Origin: Octopus sinensis
Lineage: Eukaryota
Direction of reading: 5' to 3'
NCBI RefSeq assembly: GCF_006345805.1
Contig: NC_042997.1
Location: 158,534,001-158,598,000 of the forward strand
DNA length: 64,000 nt
Both the position numbers and the translations under genes were made by a program. Within the stretch, counting starts at the first letter, position 1. Every line of letters starts with the position of its first letter. This document shows, piece after piece, positions 23,810 through 35,020 of the stretch. The notes beneath the pieces were generated by a model. That model saw nothing but the letters and a program-made list of their open reading frames with translations. It ran no database searches and was not told where the DNA came from.

Positions 23810-24740
23810 TAATTTCTCTGTGTCAGTATGTTCGGATGGTTGAGTCTGGGTTTGTACTTTTCAATGAAGAATGTTTCCTTGTTCAGTCTCATTTGTGTTG
23901 ATGATCCGAAAGCACATTGGTAAAATGGGAAGATTAAAATTGTGGCAGTAGTTGCTTTGCGCATTTCTCAATGTGCTCACTAAAAGGTATCATTCTATAT
24001 TCTGGGAATGCAATCTGTTGTCGATGCAGTGTGCATCTGCGCCTGAGTGATAGTCCCGTGGAACCCACGTAGTCTTGGTGGCAGCCCGAGCATTTAATAA
24101 CATAAATTATGTTTTCAGAGGCACAAGTAAAGTTAGATTTGATCTTAAATTTCTGTCCCTCTTTAAAGAAGAATTCTGATCCTTCCAATAGGTTAGGACA
24201 TGTTGCACAGTTCGATCTACCACATTTTTTTACTTTTGCATCCGTAATTTTAGAAGACAATTTTGCCTTTGTGAGAATCTTTTTAAGTGATTTAGGCTGT
24301 TTGTAGCTTTTAATGATTTGGTGTATGTTTAGAATTTCCTTTAATTTTGGGTTTTTATGAAGTATTGGTAAATTCTGGGTGATGATGGTGAAGGCTTCTT
24401 TGTTTCTGGGGTTGTATGTAGATATGTAAGGTAGTATTTTCGGGGAAGGTGTGTTGTTGTGTTGAACTTTTCTTAAAGTTTCTATGTTGATTTCTGTTGC
24501 ACGTCTGATCCCATCCTCTATGAGTTGAGCTGGGTAATGTCTGTCAATTAGGGTGTTTTTGAGTTCTTGCAGTCTAAAGTTCCTGGTATTTTGTTCTGAC
24601 ACTATTGTGCATATCCTTCTTGCAAGGTTGAAGGGGATGTTTGTTTTAGTGTGTCTTGGGTGGCATGAATTAAAAAGAAGGTATTGTTTGGCGTCTGTGG
24701 CTTTGTAAAAAATGTCTGTTTCTATTTAAGGTTAATTTTT
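23810..24740 (-). CDS. PLE thumb/linker + GIY-YIG endonuclease (left arm; 1-nt frameshift near 23935)
   Basis: ORF 23934..24602 with CGRSNCATC linker and NIIYVIKCSGCHQDYVGST (GIY-YIG). Confidence 0.85.
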
Positions 24741-25582
24741 TAATTAGTATATCCAAGAACGGGAGCTCCTTTTGGTTGTATTCCATTGTGAACTGTATAT
24801 TTGGGTTTATGCTGTTCAATAGGTTTTTAAATTTTAGGAGTTTATCTATGTTTTCATTCCAGAGAATGAAACAATCGTCTAGGAATCGTTTCCAATTCTC
24901 TTTTATGTATTGAGAGAGGGAGTTTCCAAAGATTGATAGAGATTCCTGGTAAATGATTATTTCCATGTATCCCATTGTTAAGTTCGCAATGACTGGTGCT
25001 GCCCTTGTACCCATAGCAATTCCGGATTTTTGACGGTAAAATGTATTGTCAAACATGAAGTGGTTATTGTGTAGGATGAATTCAATTGATTTAGTAATGA
25101 ATTCTTTACTGATCCTTTTTGGTATTTCTTCCGGAAATTGGTCTAACCAGAATTGTATTGCCTCCAGTCCATAATTATGAGGTATACTGGTATACAAGTT
25201 GACTACATCAAATGAAACCAGGATTGTTTCTTCCTTGGTTTTTTTTGGAAGGTGGTTTAACATATCTAAGTCATCTCTGATATGGCTATCGATATGTTTA
25301 AGGAAGGGTTTCAAGAGGATGTCCATAAGTAGACTTAGTCTGTGTGTTTCACAGGTTGGGCCAGCTACAATGGGTCGTAGTTTTAGGTCCCCCGGATTAG
25401 GTGTGTGTATGTATGTCTTTGGTGATTTTTTAATGGTTTCATTTATAATTTGACTTTTATGAATTTTTGGCAGACCATAGAAAAGGCTAGGTTTGCATTT
25501 AAAGTTTGTTAGGAAATCAATCTCTTTGGTTGTCAGTTCCTTTTCATGGGTTTTAATTAGTGAAGATAGAGTTTTCATTATT
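24670..25582 (-). CDS. PLE reverse transcriptase (left arm, 5'-truncated)
   Basis: FYGLPKIHK, LRPIVAG, SFDVVNLYTSIP, QKSGIAMGTRAAP, WKRFLDDCF, LPFLDILI. The N-terminal ~24 aa of the listed ORF are read-through across the palindrome centre. Confidence 0.9.
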
Positions 25583-26424
25583 TCACTAATTAAAACCCAT
25601 GAAAAGGAACTGACAACCAAAGAGATTGATTTCCTAACAAACTTTAAATGCAAACCTAGCCTTTTCTATGGTCTGCCAAAAATTCATAAAAGTCAAATTA
25701 TAAATGAAACCATTAAAAATCACCAAAGACATACATACACACACCTAATCCGGGGGACCTAAAACTACGACCCATTGTAGCTGGCCCAACCTGTGAAACA
25801 CACAGACTAAGTCTACTTATGGACATCCTCTTGAAACCCTTCCTTAAACATATCGATAGCCATATCAGAGATGACTTAGATATGTTAAACCACCTTCCAA
25901 AAAAAACCAAGGAAGAAACAATCCTGGTTTCATTTGATGTAGTCAACTTGTATACCAGTATACCTCATAATTATGGACTGGAGGCAATACAATTCTGGTT
26001 AGACCAATTTCCGGAAGAAATACCAAAAAGGATCAGTAAAGAATTCATTACTAAATCAATTGAATTCATCCTACACAATAACCACTTCATGTTTGACAAT
26101 ACATTTTACCGTCAAAAATCCGGAATTGCTATGGGTACAAGGGCAGCACCAGTCATTGCGAACTTAACAATGGGATACATGGAAATAATCATTTACCAGG
26201 AATCTCTATCAATCTTTGGAAACTCCCTCTCTCAATACATAAAAGAGAATTGGAAACGATTCCTAGACGATTGTTTCATTCTCTGGAATGAAAACATAGA
26301 TAAACTCCTAAAATTTAAAAACCTATTGAACAGCATAAACCCAAATATACAGTTCACAATGGAATACAACCAAAAGGAGCTCCCGTTCTTGGATATACTA
26401 ATTAAAAAATTAACCTTAAAATAG
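25582..26424 (+). CDS. PLE reverse transcriptase (right arm, 5'-truncated; frameshifts at A-runs near 25715 and 26405)
   Basis: ORFs 25493..25762 (3' part) and 25819..26424 carry the same RT motifs. Confidence 0.9.
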
Positions 26425-27338
26425 AAACAGACATTTTTTACAAAGCCACAGACGCCAAACAATACCTTCTTTTTAATTCATGCCACCCAAGACACACTAA
26501 AACAAACATCCCCTTCAACCTTGCAAGAAGGATATGCACAATAGTGTCAGAACAAAATACCAGGAACTTTAGACTGCAAGAACTCAAAAACACCCTAATT
26601 GACAGACATTACCCAGCTCAACTCATAGAGGATGGGATCAGACGTGCAACAGAAATCAACATAGAAACTTTAAGAAAAGTTCAACACAACAACACACCTT
26701 CCCCGAAAATACTACCTTACATATCTACATACAACCCCAGAAACAAAGAAGCCTTCACCATCATCACCCAGAATTTACCAATACTTCATAAAAACCCAAA
26801 ATTAAAGGAAATTCTAAACATACACCAAATCATTAAAAGCTACAAACAGCCTAAATCACTTAAAAAGATTCTCACAAAGGCAAAATTGTCTTCTAAAATT
26901 ACGGATGCAAAAGTAAAAAAATGTGGTAGATCGAACTGTGCAACATGTCCTAACCTATTGGAAGGATCAGAATTCTTCTTTAAAGAGGGACAGAAATTTA
27001 AGATCAAATCTAACTTTACTTGTGCCTCTGAAAACATAATTTATGTTATTAAATGCTCGGGCTGCCACCAAGACTACGTGGGTTCCACGGGACTATCACT
27101 CAGGCGCAGATGCACACTGCATCGACAACAGATTGCATTCCCAGAATATAGAATGATACCTTTTAGTGAGCACATTGAGAAATGCGCAAAGCAACTACTG
27201 CCACAATTTTTAATCTTCCCATTTTACCAATGTGCTTTCGGATCATCAACACAAATGAGACTGAACAAGGAAACATTCTTCATTGAAAAGTACAAACCCA
27301 GACTCAACCATCCGAACATACTGACACAGAGAAATTAA
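26420..27338 (+). CDS. PLE thumb/linker + GIY-YIG endonuclease (right arm)
   Basis: IETDIFYKATDAKQYL..SCHPRH, Cys-rich linker CGRSNCATC (Neptune hallmark), NIIYVIKC..YVGST..RRR..H, and E..FI..Y.P.LN. Confidence 0.9.
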
Positions 27339-27474
27339 CAAGGAAATGGAAAAAAAATTTTTTAAGCGATTATCTCCCCTACACCGGAAAAAATCACTCA
27401 CTACCTCCCCTTATTTAGAAATCTCCTGGAAATAAAAACAACGATAATTCCATGCAATATAAACATAACGTCAC

Positions 27475-27514
27475 AAGAAATTTGAAAAGCTACACGCGAA
27501 ACCGGTAATTTCTT
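27475..27514 (+). ncRNA. Minimal type I hammerhead ribozyme (U3-A8 variant) in the PLE 3' pLTR
   Basis: Stem I AAGAAAT/ATTTCTT; core TTGAAAA; stem II GC-TACAC-GC; GAA; palindromic stem III ACCGGT; GUA at 27505-27507. Confidence 0.75.
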
Positions 27515-27684
27515 TAAAAATTTTAAAATTATGTCATTTTAAGGAAAGGAAAAAAATTTTTCCAATATTCTCCAGACATTTTGACACAAATATATATATT
27601 TTTTAACATTTAAGCCTTCTGTCGTTTTTTCACACTTTACTATTTTCTTATATATATATATATATATACACCTACCTACCTACC

Positions 27685-27731
<47 letters not shown>

Positions 27732-29799
27732 AAATAAAGAGTGAGTTACAAATGCCGCGTGCAGTAGAGTAAACAACATTTTATTATCTTTATAGTAACA
27801 GTAGATTGCTTGTTAGTAGTATAAGTGTGCATGTGCACGAGTGTGTACCGTAGTGTGTACTGACGTTCATGTGACTTTTAAATTGCTAATTCTCTTTCAT
27901 TTCGGCTTTCCTGCTTCATAAATCTATCCATATTTTTTGAGATAAATATTGCATTGTATTGCTTCACAATTAGTTCTCATATGAATGTTCTGTACTAAAA
28001 AGCCTTATATTGTGATATTAATTTTTCGCTCTCTTTCAGTCTCCTCTGCTAATCACGACTTTATATTTATCGACTAATGTGCTTCGTGCTACAATATTAA
28101 AGTGCATTCTACTAGTATGTTTACAGTGTACTTTAAAATGTTTCTATGAACTCTGAAATGCTGTCTATTAATTGCTTATTTAGGTACCTATTGTATCATG
28201 AGTCCTTCATTTGTACATGAATAATTTTCACGATATTGATTTATATTTTGTTTTGATTAATTTTGCTTTTATCTTTCGTTTACGTTTTAGCTAATTTTCT
28301 TTGCGTGTTGTTGATTAAATTTCAAAGCGTAAAATCACAGTGTGGGGAGAGATGTGGGAGGAAGAGGTGAACTTCAATTTCGATTCATCAACGATGTAAA
28401 TTTAATAAGTATCCTTAAGCATTTTTATTTCTTACTTTCTTAATATTTTTTATCAAATTAATTTTCATGTTTTAATGCTTTATTAACAATTAACTGATAC
28501 TGCCATCCACACATTTGTTGATTTCCTTTTACAATTCCGGGACAAAAGCTAAATCTGTTATCTTTTATCTCGAGCGATTGCTATTCTATTTCTTTACTGA
28601 TTTTAGTATTACTTTTGCGGTTCATATAAGTGATCATTAATTTAAAAAATAATTTATGAGAGGAAATGCACACGATTAGTTTTAAATAATAGTAATTAAA
28701 TATTTTATCCATACAAATATAACTATTTCTTGAAATAAAATTACAGAATATATACTGTAATAATGAGAATCTTACGTTTTTTAAAAGTGTCCGGTCACGG
28801 AATAAGATTTAGTCTTCATATTAACATTTTTCATGGGGTCTGGTGTATGATGTACTCAATACTCTAAAAGGAAATTTTTTATGTTTTTTTTGTTTTTTCT
28901 GACAAGTATTTCAAAATTATCATGATTACTAGATATATATATGGCTCAATTAATAAGAGGTGATATCTGTAACTGTCAAAATGCTGGTGTCAGGAATCAT
29001 GTCAGTCGAACACAGATTCTCGCGAATCTTAATAAAAATACTATGCGCGTTACAAATGCTTGTATAAATCCTGGATAGATTAATATGTACCTTAAATATT
29101 TGTCTGTAAGATAGAGGTAAAGTCTAAGACACAGTAACTTCTAGTAAACTATATAGAATAAAAAAAGAAAGAAAATTTTCACATTATAAAGTATGTCTCC
29201 CCTAGCTTTACAAACCTGAATAAGTCAATCGGACTATGATTGCTCCCCAAAATAGAGGTGCTTAATGAATTAATCAGAATAGCTTGGTTGTATATACCTA
29301 GCATACCAACACCCACAGTGCTACGTTATAAAATGCCAAGTTGCAAACATATTTCAACAACATTCAACAATCGACCACTTCATGCATTTTGAACGTTGAA
29401 ACGTGAAACGAAAAGCAAAATTGCTAGTCTTCGTCTGTAACAATTTATTCAACTTTTCGAATCAAATTATTGCATTTAAAACGAGTGAGTATACAATAGA
29501 AAACATATGATAAAGAGAGCTATTATTTTTCAAATGCTGGATAGCCAATACAAATTATGTTTATATATCGCTTCTGGTATCATAATGTAGATCTTAATGC
29601 ATGGAGACAGTAAGTAGACATATTGAGATGGCAATTTCACAGAATTTCATACAATTTCCAAATAAATATTGCATAATTTATTTTTTCTACAAATTCAATA
29701 ACTTACTGTTTCTGAAAACACAGCGTAGGTGGTATGGACAATTTTGATACATCCCTCGAATAAGAACTGTAAGGTATATACATTACAAAAATATAAAAT

Positions 29800-29925
29800 T
29801 TTGTCATTAATATCTGTTTCAAATTTTGGTACAAGGCCATCAATTTCGAGGGAGAGCATCAGTTGATTATATCGACCCCAGCATTTAACTAGTTCAGAGT
29901 TCAAGGTCAATCTGTGCCAAGCGGC
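29800..29925 (-). mobile_element. Degenerate OR1-like SINE fragment
   Basis: TTTCAAATTTTGGTACAAGGCCATCAATTTCGAGGG..GATTATATCGACCCCAG is the reverse complement of the SINE 3' part. Confidence 0.6.
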
Positions 29926-30009
29926 TTTATCCTGCGTGCGTTAGCTTTGTTACTATAGCAACAGTCTAGATACTTATTGATCGCACCACACACACACACA
30001 TATAATATA

Positions 30010-30393
30010 TATATATAATAAACGCGAAATTCTGTCTGTCCGGTCATTCAGGACGACTGTATCTCTTACATAGACATATAATACCTTTTGAGAATCGAGA
30101 TGATTCCGGGATAGAAAAGACGCCCTTCCTTTGGTTCTTGAACATCCACCATTGGGTTCAAGTCTGCTCGAGGATTTGTGATATACAGTCGAAAATTCAA
30201 ACTTTAAAAGAACTCCAAAAATTTGTGAACTTACAAGTATTTCATTTAAACTGAATTTAAAGTAGTACCATATTGGTATGGTACCAAAAATCCTTTATTA
30301 TTATTGTTCTCTTCAGTTTTAGGCCTCAAGCCAAATTTTCCCTCCGGAGGAGCTACCCTAAAAGTTTTCACAAGGTGAAGCTTTTAAGCTAAT
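30010..30393 (+). mobile_element. Possible non-autonomous Helitron-like element
   Basis: 5' TATATAATAAACGCGAAATTCTGTCTGTCC and 3' GGTGAAGC..GCTAAT (degenerate CTAGT) resemble short invertebrate Helitron ends. No coding sequence. Confidence 0.4.
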
Positions 30394-33300
30394 ATATACA
30401 TATCTATATGCGTGTGTGTGTATGTATAATGTGTGTGTATGTATATAATGTGTGTGTGCATGTGTGCGTGTGTGGGTGTGTGTGTGTGTGTTGCGCGTGT
30501 GAATTTGCCATTACCTTGTTAAAAACATACTATCACATTAAGAATAAACAGTTAAATATTCTGGCCTGAAGCAGGGAATTTATGAGATACTCAAGTGCAT
30601 ATTTCTGGAAGTGCAGTCTCTATGAAGACATCAAGTATCCAACTGCTGTACTCTTCATCAAATGAAAAATTATGTGTTGAGGTTGAGGTCAGTCTTATTT
30701 GGTATTTTGATATTTGTACTTTTCATTTCTCAATGACTATAATTACATTATTCTGCTTAGTTAATACCATTAGTGTAGCCTTAATTCAATACGCAAATTT
30801 TAATATATAAAAATTCAATACGCTAATTTAAATGCATAAAAGAGGATTCCTGACCTTGATCTAGAAACAACGACGGTATACCTAACCAACTGTAAACTGA
30901 CAGGTATAGTTAGCCGTTAACTGTGATACAATTGAACGTTCTCCTGATATAGTCAGACTAAAATAGAATTAATGCAATGAATGATTGAATAAGTGAACGA
31001 CTGGATAAATCAATCGATCAATCAATCATGTTCAATTATGCTATTTTTGTTTTGTTTTAGCGTTTACGAACATTCGGCTTTATAAAAAAACGTATGAAAG
31101 CCAAGATATTGTAAATAAAATATATATTTCAAAGTCAAGGGGAAATAAAATGCTGTTCAATAATCTAAAGCCGAATGTTTTCATGTTAAATTCATGTTTC
31201 TGCAGATTGTTACATACATAACATTTTTCACAAAACATATTTTACACTGTTGTGGCTGACTGTTAAAACATATTAAACAATGAATATAAAGCATCAGTAA
31301 TTCATGAAAGTTTATGTACTTTAATACACACACACACACACAAATATATATATATATATATATATATATGATCGATAAAAGCGATATTGACTACATGGAT
31401 AATTAATATCTATTGTTTTAGGTCTTAAAAAACTCTATTATCAGACCAACCCGATTACATATACACACATACAGACAGGCACACGTACATGATCACAGAA
31501 AACACTAAAACCTTTTGTAATCATTTGATTGGGAAACTTTCGCCCCCACCAACACAAAGAACCTCAATGTTGAAAACTAAGTATACAATATTGATTTCAT
31601 CCTTTTATTTTATAACATACAAACTTTTACGCCTATCAAAAGCTCGCCTCAGCGAAAAGAGAGACTACATACATACACATACTCACACCTATACTGCACT
31701 TTAGTTTTAAACTCCGATGAAGATATAGAGTGATACACAATCACTCAACTATGAGTGCATTGCATATTAAAGAAGGAACACTTGTAAGCTAATGAAATTC
31801 AGGACACAATTTCTTATTCTCTTGCTTATCTAATTTAATATTACTCTGTATTCGACTGAAGTTTTGCTCTAAAGCGCATGTATATTAAGTTCTAACAACA
31901 GATTATTATCATTAGCCTACGCAAAATAATAAAATTCAATATGTGGGTGTGTATATATGCGTGTGTATGTTGGAGCATAATTTAACATCGTGCACTTGTT
32001 TTATCTGTCACCTGTTTTTATAAGAAATCAAGTATAATAGCTGGTAGAAAATTCTACGTACTGTCATTTTGGTTCTGGTTTCGACTTATTATTTATTAAA
32101 TTATCTACATTCTGATGATGGTATTGAGTACTTGTTTCCTGTTGGTTACACACATGCACACACACACACACACACATGAATTTATAATACAAATATATGA
32201 AAGTTACAGAATACCATGTAAGCTTGCTTGACCTAGCATTTACGTTTATAGTGCTGTGTAGCAGTCATCAGGATGTTTGGAAACGGTTACCTACAATTAT
32301 ATTATTCTGTGGTAATTATAGAACAATTCATCTTATTTCAACGATTTTGCAGCAGTATCTTCTATCAAATGTATCGCGTATATTTGCGTATTCAGAATTA
32401 TATTTTTCATTGTTTGCGCTCATTAAATACTGTTTATACGTTAATAGTTTATTAAAGTTTTAATAATAATATCTGATTATCAAAGAAAACTGTTTCACGT
32501 TTCGTTGAAAATACTTTTGTCGTTTAGAAGTTGTTCGATGCCGCAAGCACATTACCATACAGTTGATATCCTGGTTCACGTTACTATGTCGGTAGATATA
32601 TATATTTGCAACTGACGTTCTTTTGATTCGTGAAGATAAGTACTGATGGTTGAGGGATATCTAATCATATATCTCTTGTTTTCTTGGCACTAAAAGTAAG
32701 ACCAAATTACTTTTCACTCCAACACTTAAACTAATCAGATATTGCAAGTGTCAAATGTTGTCTGTCAGAGCGACAAAAATAAAAAAATAAAAGGGAGATT
32801 AGTTTAAAATCATGCAAAACACAGATCGTTACTTCTAAGCGTAGTTCCTGATTAATCACATCAGCAAAAAGGAAAAGAATATAACGTTCTTCACACTGAA
32901 GTAACCTGAGGTTGATAAAGAAATGAAAATGGTGTTTGAGATTCATGTTTTTTCTAAACACATCTGCAATGTAAATAAAAGTTCCTGAACTGGAAAATGA
33001 GTCGATCTAACCTTTTTTGTCACACAAGGAATACATTGAGTAGTTCATATTTAATCAATTTAACTTAGAAGTAGAAACGAATATCTAATGTTTAATTGGT
33101 GAAGCTATTTCGTTTGTCCATTTACTTATTTTATTATATTATTTCAACCCTGGATTCATACATCAACAACTACGTTTTGCTATCAGTTTGAAAGCTTAAG
33201 GACGTGAAAAGATGAAGTAAAATTAGGACACAGAAATAGGCAAATGTGTCAATATTTGTTCAGTAAATTCCCTGCAAGAATCCATTGCAATGGTATTGTT

Positions 33301-34117
33301 CTGAAGCACGTCTGCAAAAGTCAGAATGCACTTGAAATACGCTTGCTAACACTTGAAAAGCCACTATCTACTCAATAAGACTTAACTTTCTTTCGGTTCT
33401 TTCTTTGCTCTAAGTGTATTTATTCTCTGCATTATTATTTAGCTTTATAATTAAAGGTCTTTATATTCCAATATTGATATGCGACTTGAAAATGTTAAAT
33501 CGATATAGCATAAACATCATCAAAATATAGTGATATCTAGTTAACTACCTACTGCAGTAAAGTGAATATGTGGTGCATTTGGATGATTAATTAATAAGTT
33601 ATCAGAGAACATATGATAGCGTGTAGAAATAAGGAGTTCAGCTTTTAAACAAAATTACCCTACTGTGAATAGTAAGGAGCAACGATATCAGCAGACATAT
33701 ATTCTCACCTTGCTTATTTCCGGTGGTGTTTTATAGTATGATTACAATAAAGAACTATTCTAACTCATGCCACTTTCTGTAAGCTTATTATGTATAAATT
33801 TTATAGATACTAATTAGCACAATATTTCGATCTTACAGTGTTGTAAGATTTAAACTGCATGAGTATTTCATTAGTCAGCTGTGCTGTGATTATACCACAC
33901 TTCTTGGAATGCAAACTGCAAACAATACAATGACATATGACCTGCAACAATCCGGAAAGAATAAATGCTTTTCTGGGAAATGGCAGAAAATCATACACCA
34001 GCAAAAGTTTCCAATGTGATTAGTGAAGACACACACCACACACACACACACACACTCACTCACTCACTCACTAACACAGACGCACTCACGCACACACACA
34101 CATGTGAGAGTACGTGG

Positions 34118-34121
34118 ATAT

Positions 34122-34184
<63 letters not shown>

Positions 34185-34208
34185 TATATATAATATATAT
34201 ATATATAT
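34118..34208. repeat. (TA)n microsatellite
   Basis: Read directly. Confidence 0.95.
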
Positions 34209-34897
34209 GAGAGCTTTATTTCGCTGGTGATCTAAGCGAATTGGTACGCTGTGTAAATGCTATAATTTGTTATATATATATATATATATATATATCTTGT
34301 GCATACAGTGAGATGTACGACTGCTACTAAAGATTTTAGAGCTTGATGTAGAGTATTTATCCAGTGACACTTGCAACATACACTGCAGTGGTGCGGTAGA
34401 TGAAAATGGTTTTGAATGGAGGTGTTGTGTCGAAGCGTCTAGTATTTTAGAACCCGTTGAAGTGAGATAGTTGTTTTTCATTAACGTTTTAGTTTCAAGA
34501 ATAACAATATGTTTCGTACCATTTACAGACCACATCAGACTGAGTTGATATTTGCAGTTACTTAAATTAAACCTCTGCAGACTGACGCGTGATGAATACA
34601 TGTGAGGAGGAAGAGAGCATCCAGACGCTGGTTAAATGTTTCAGCCAACTATTTAGAGGTTAGGCACAGTAGAGTTGGTGTAAGTGAATAACATGAACTT
34701 GTATAATGTGGTACAACGTGAACTTGTTCAGAGAAGCAAATGCTGTAGCCATGGATGTCGATAGGAAAACAATATGCTAATGGACTATCGGTTACAGACT
34801 CCCATAAGTAAAGTTATGCTAATCAGGAAACTTTACTTGTTTTATCATTGAGCATTTAAAATAAATGTCACTGCTGCAGCACTGCTTATATACATAC

Positions 34898-35020
34898 AGC
34901 AGGTGTGGATGTGTGATTAGAAGCTTGCTTCTCAACTACATGGTTCCGGATTCAGTCCACTGCGTAGCACCTTGGGCAAGTGTCTTCTACTATAGCTTCG
35001 GGCCGACCAAAGCGTTGTGA
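34898..35020 (+). mobile_element. OK-like SINE 5' fragment
   Basis: GCAGGTGTGG..CATGGTTCCGGATTCAGTCC.ACTGCG..CTTGGGCAAGTGTCTTCTACTATAGC. Confidence 0.8.

Larger units (their letters stand above)
23492..27655. mobile_element. Young Neptune-type Penelope-like retroelement as a head-to-head palindrome of two 5'-truncated copies
   Basis: Arms 23492-25564 and 25582-27655 (~2.07 kb each) with a 17-bp spacer. The only differences I found are homopolymer-length indels. Sits in a TA/CCTA microsatellite array. Confidence 0.95.

Noticed and set aside
25199-25946. Antisense ORFs 25199..25453 and 25713..25946, and the N-termini of 24670..25653 and 25493..25762
   Set aside because: Antisense frames of the RT and read-through across the palindrome centre.
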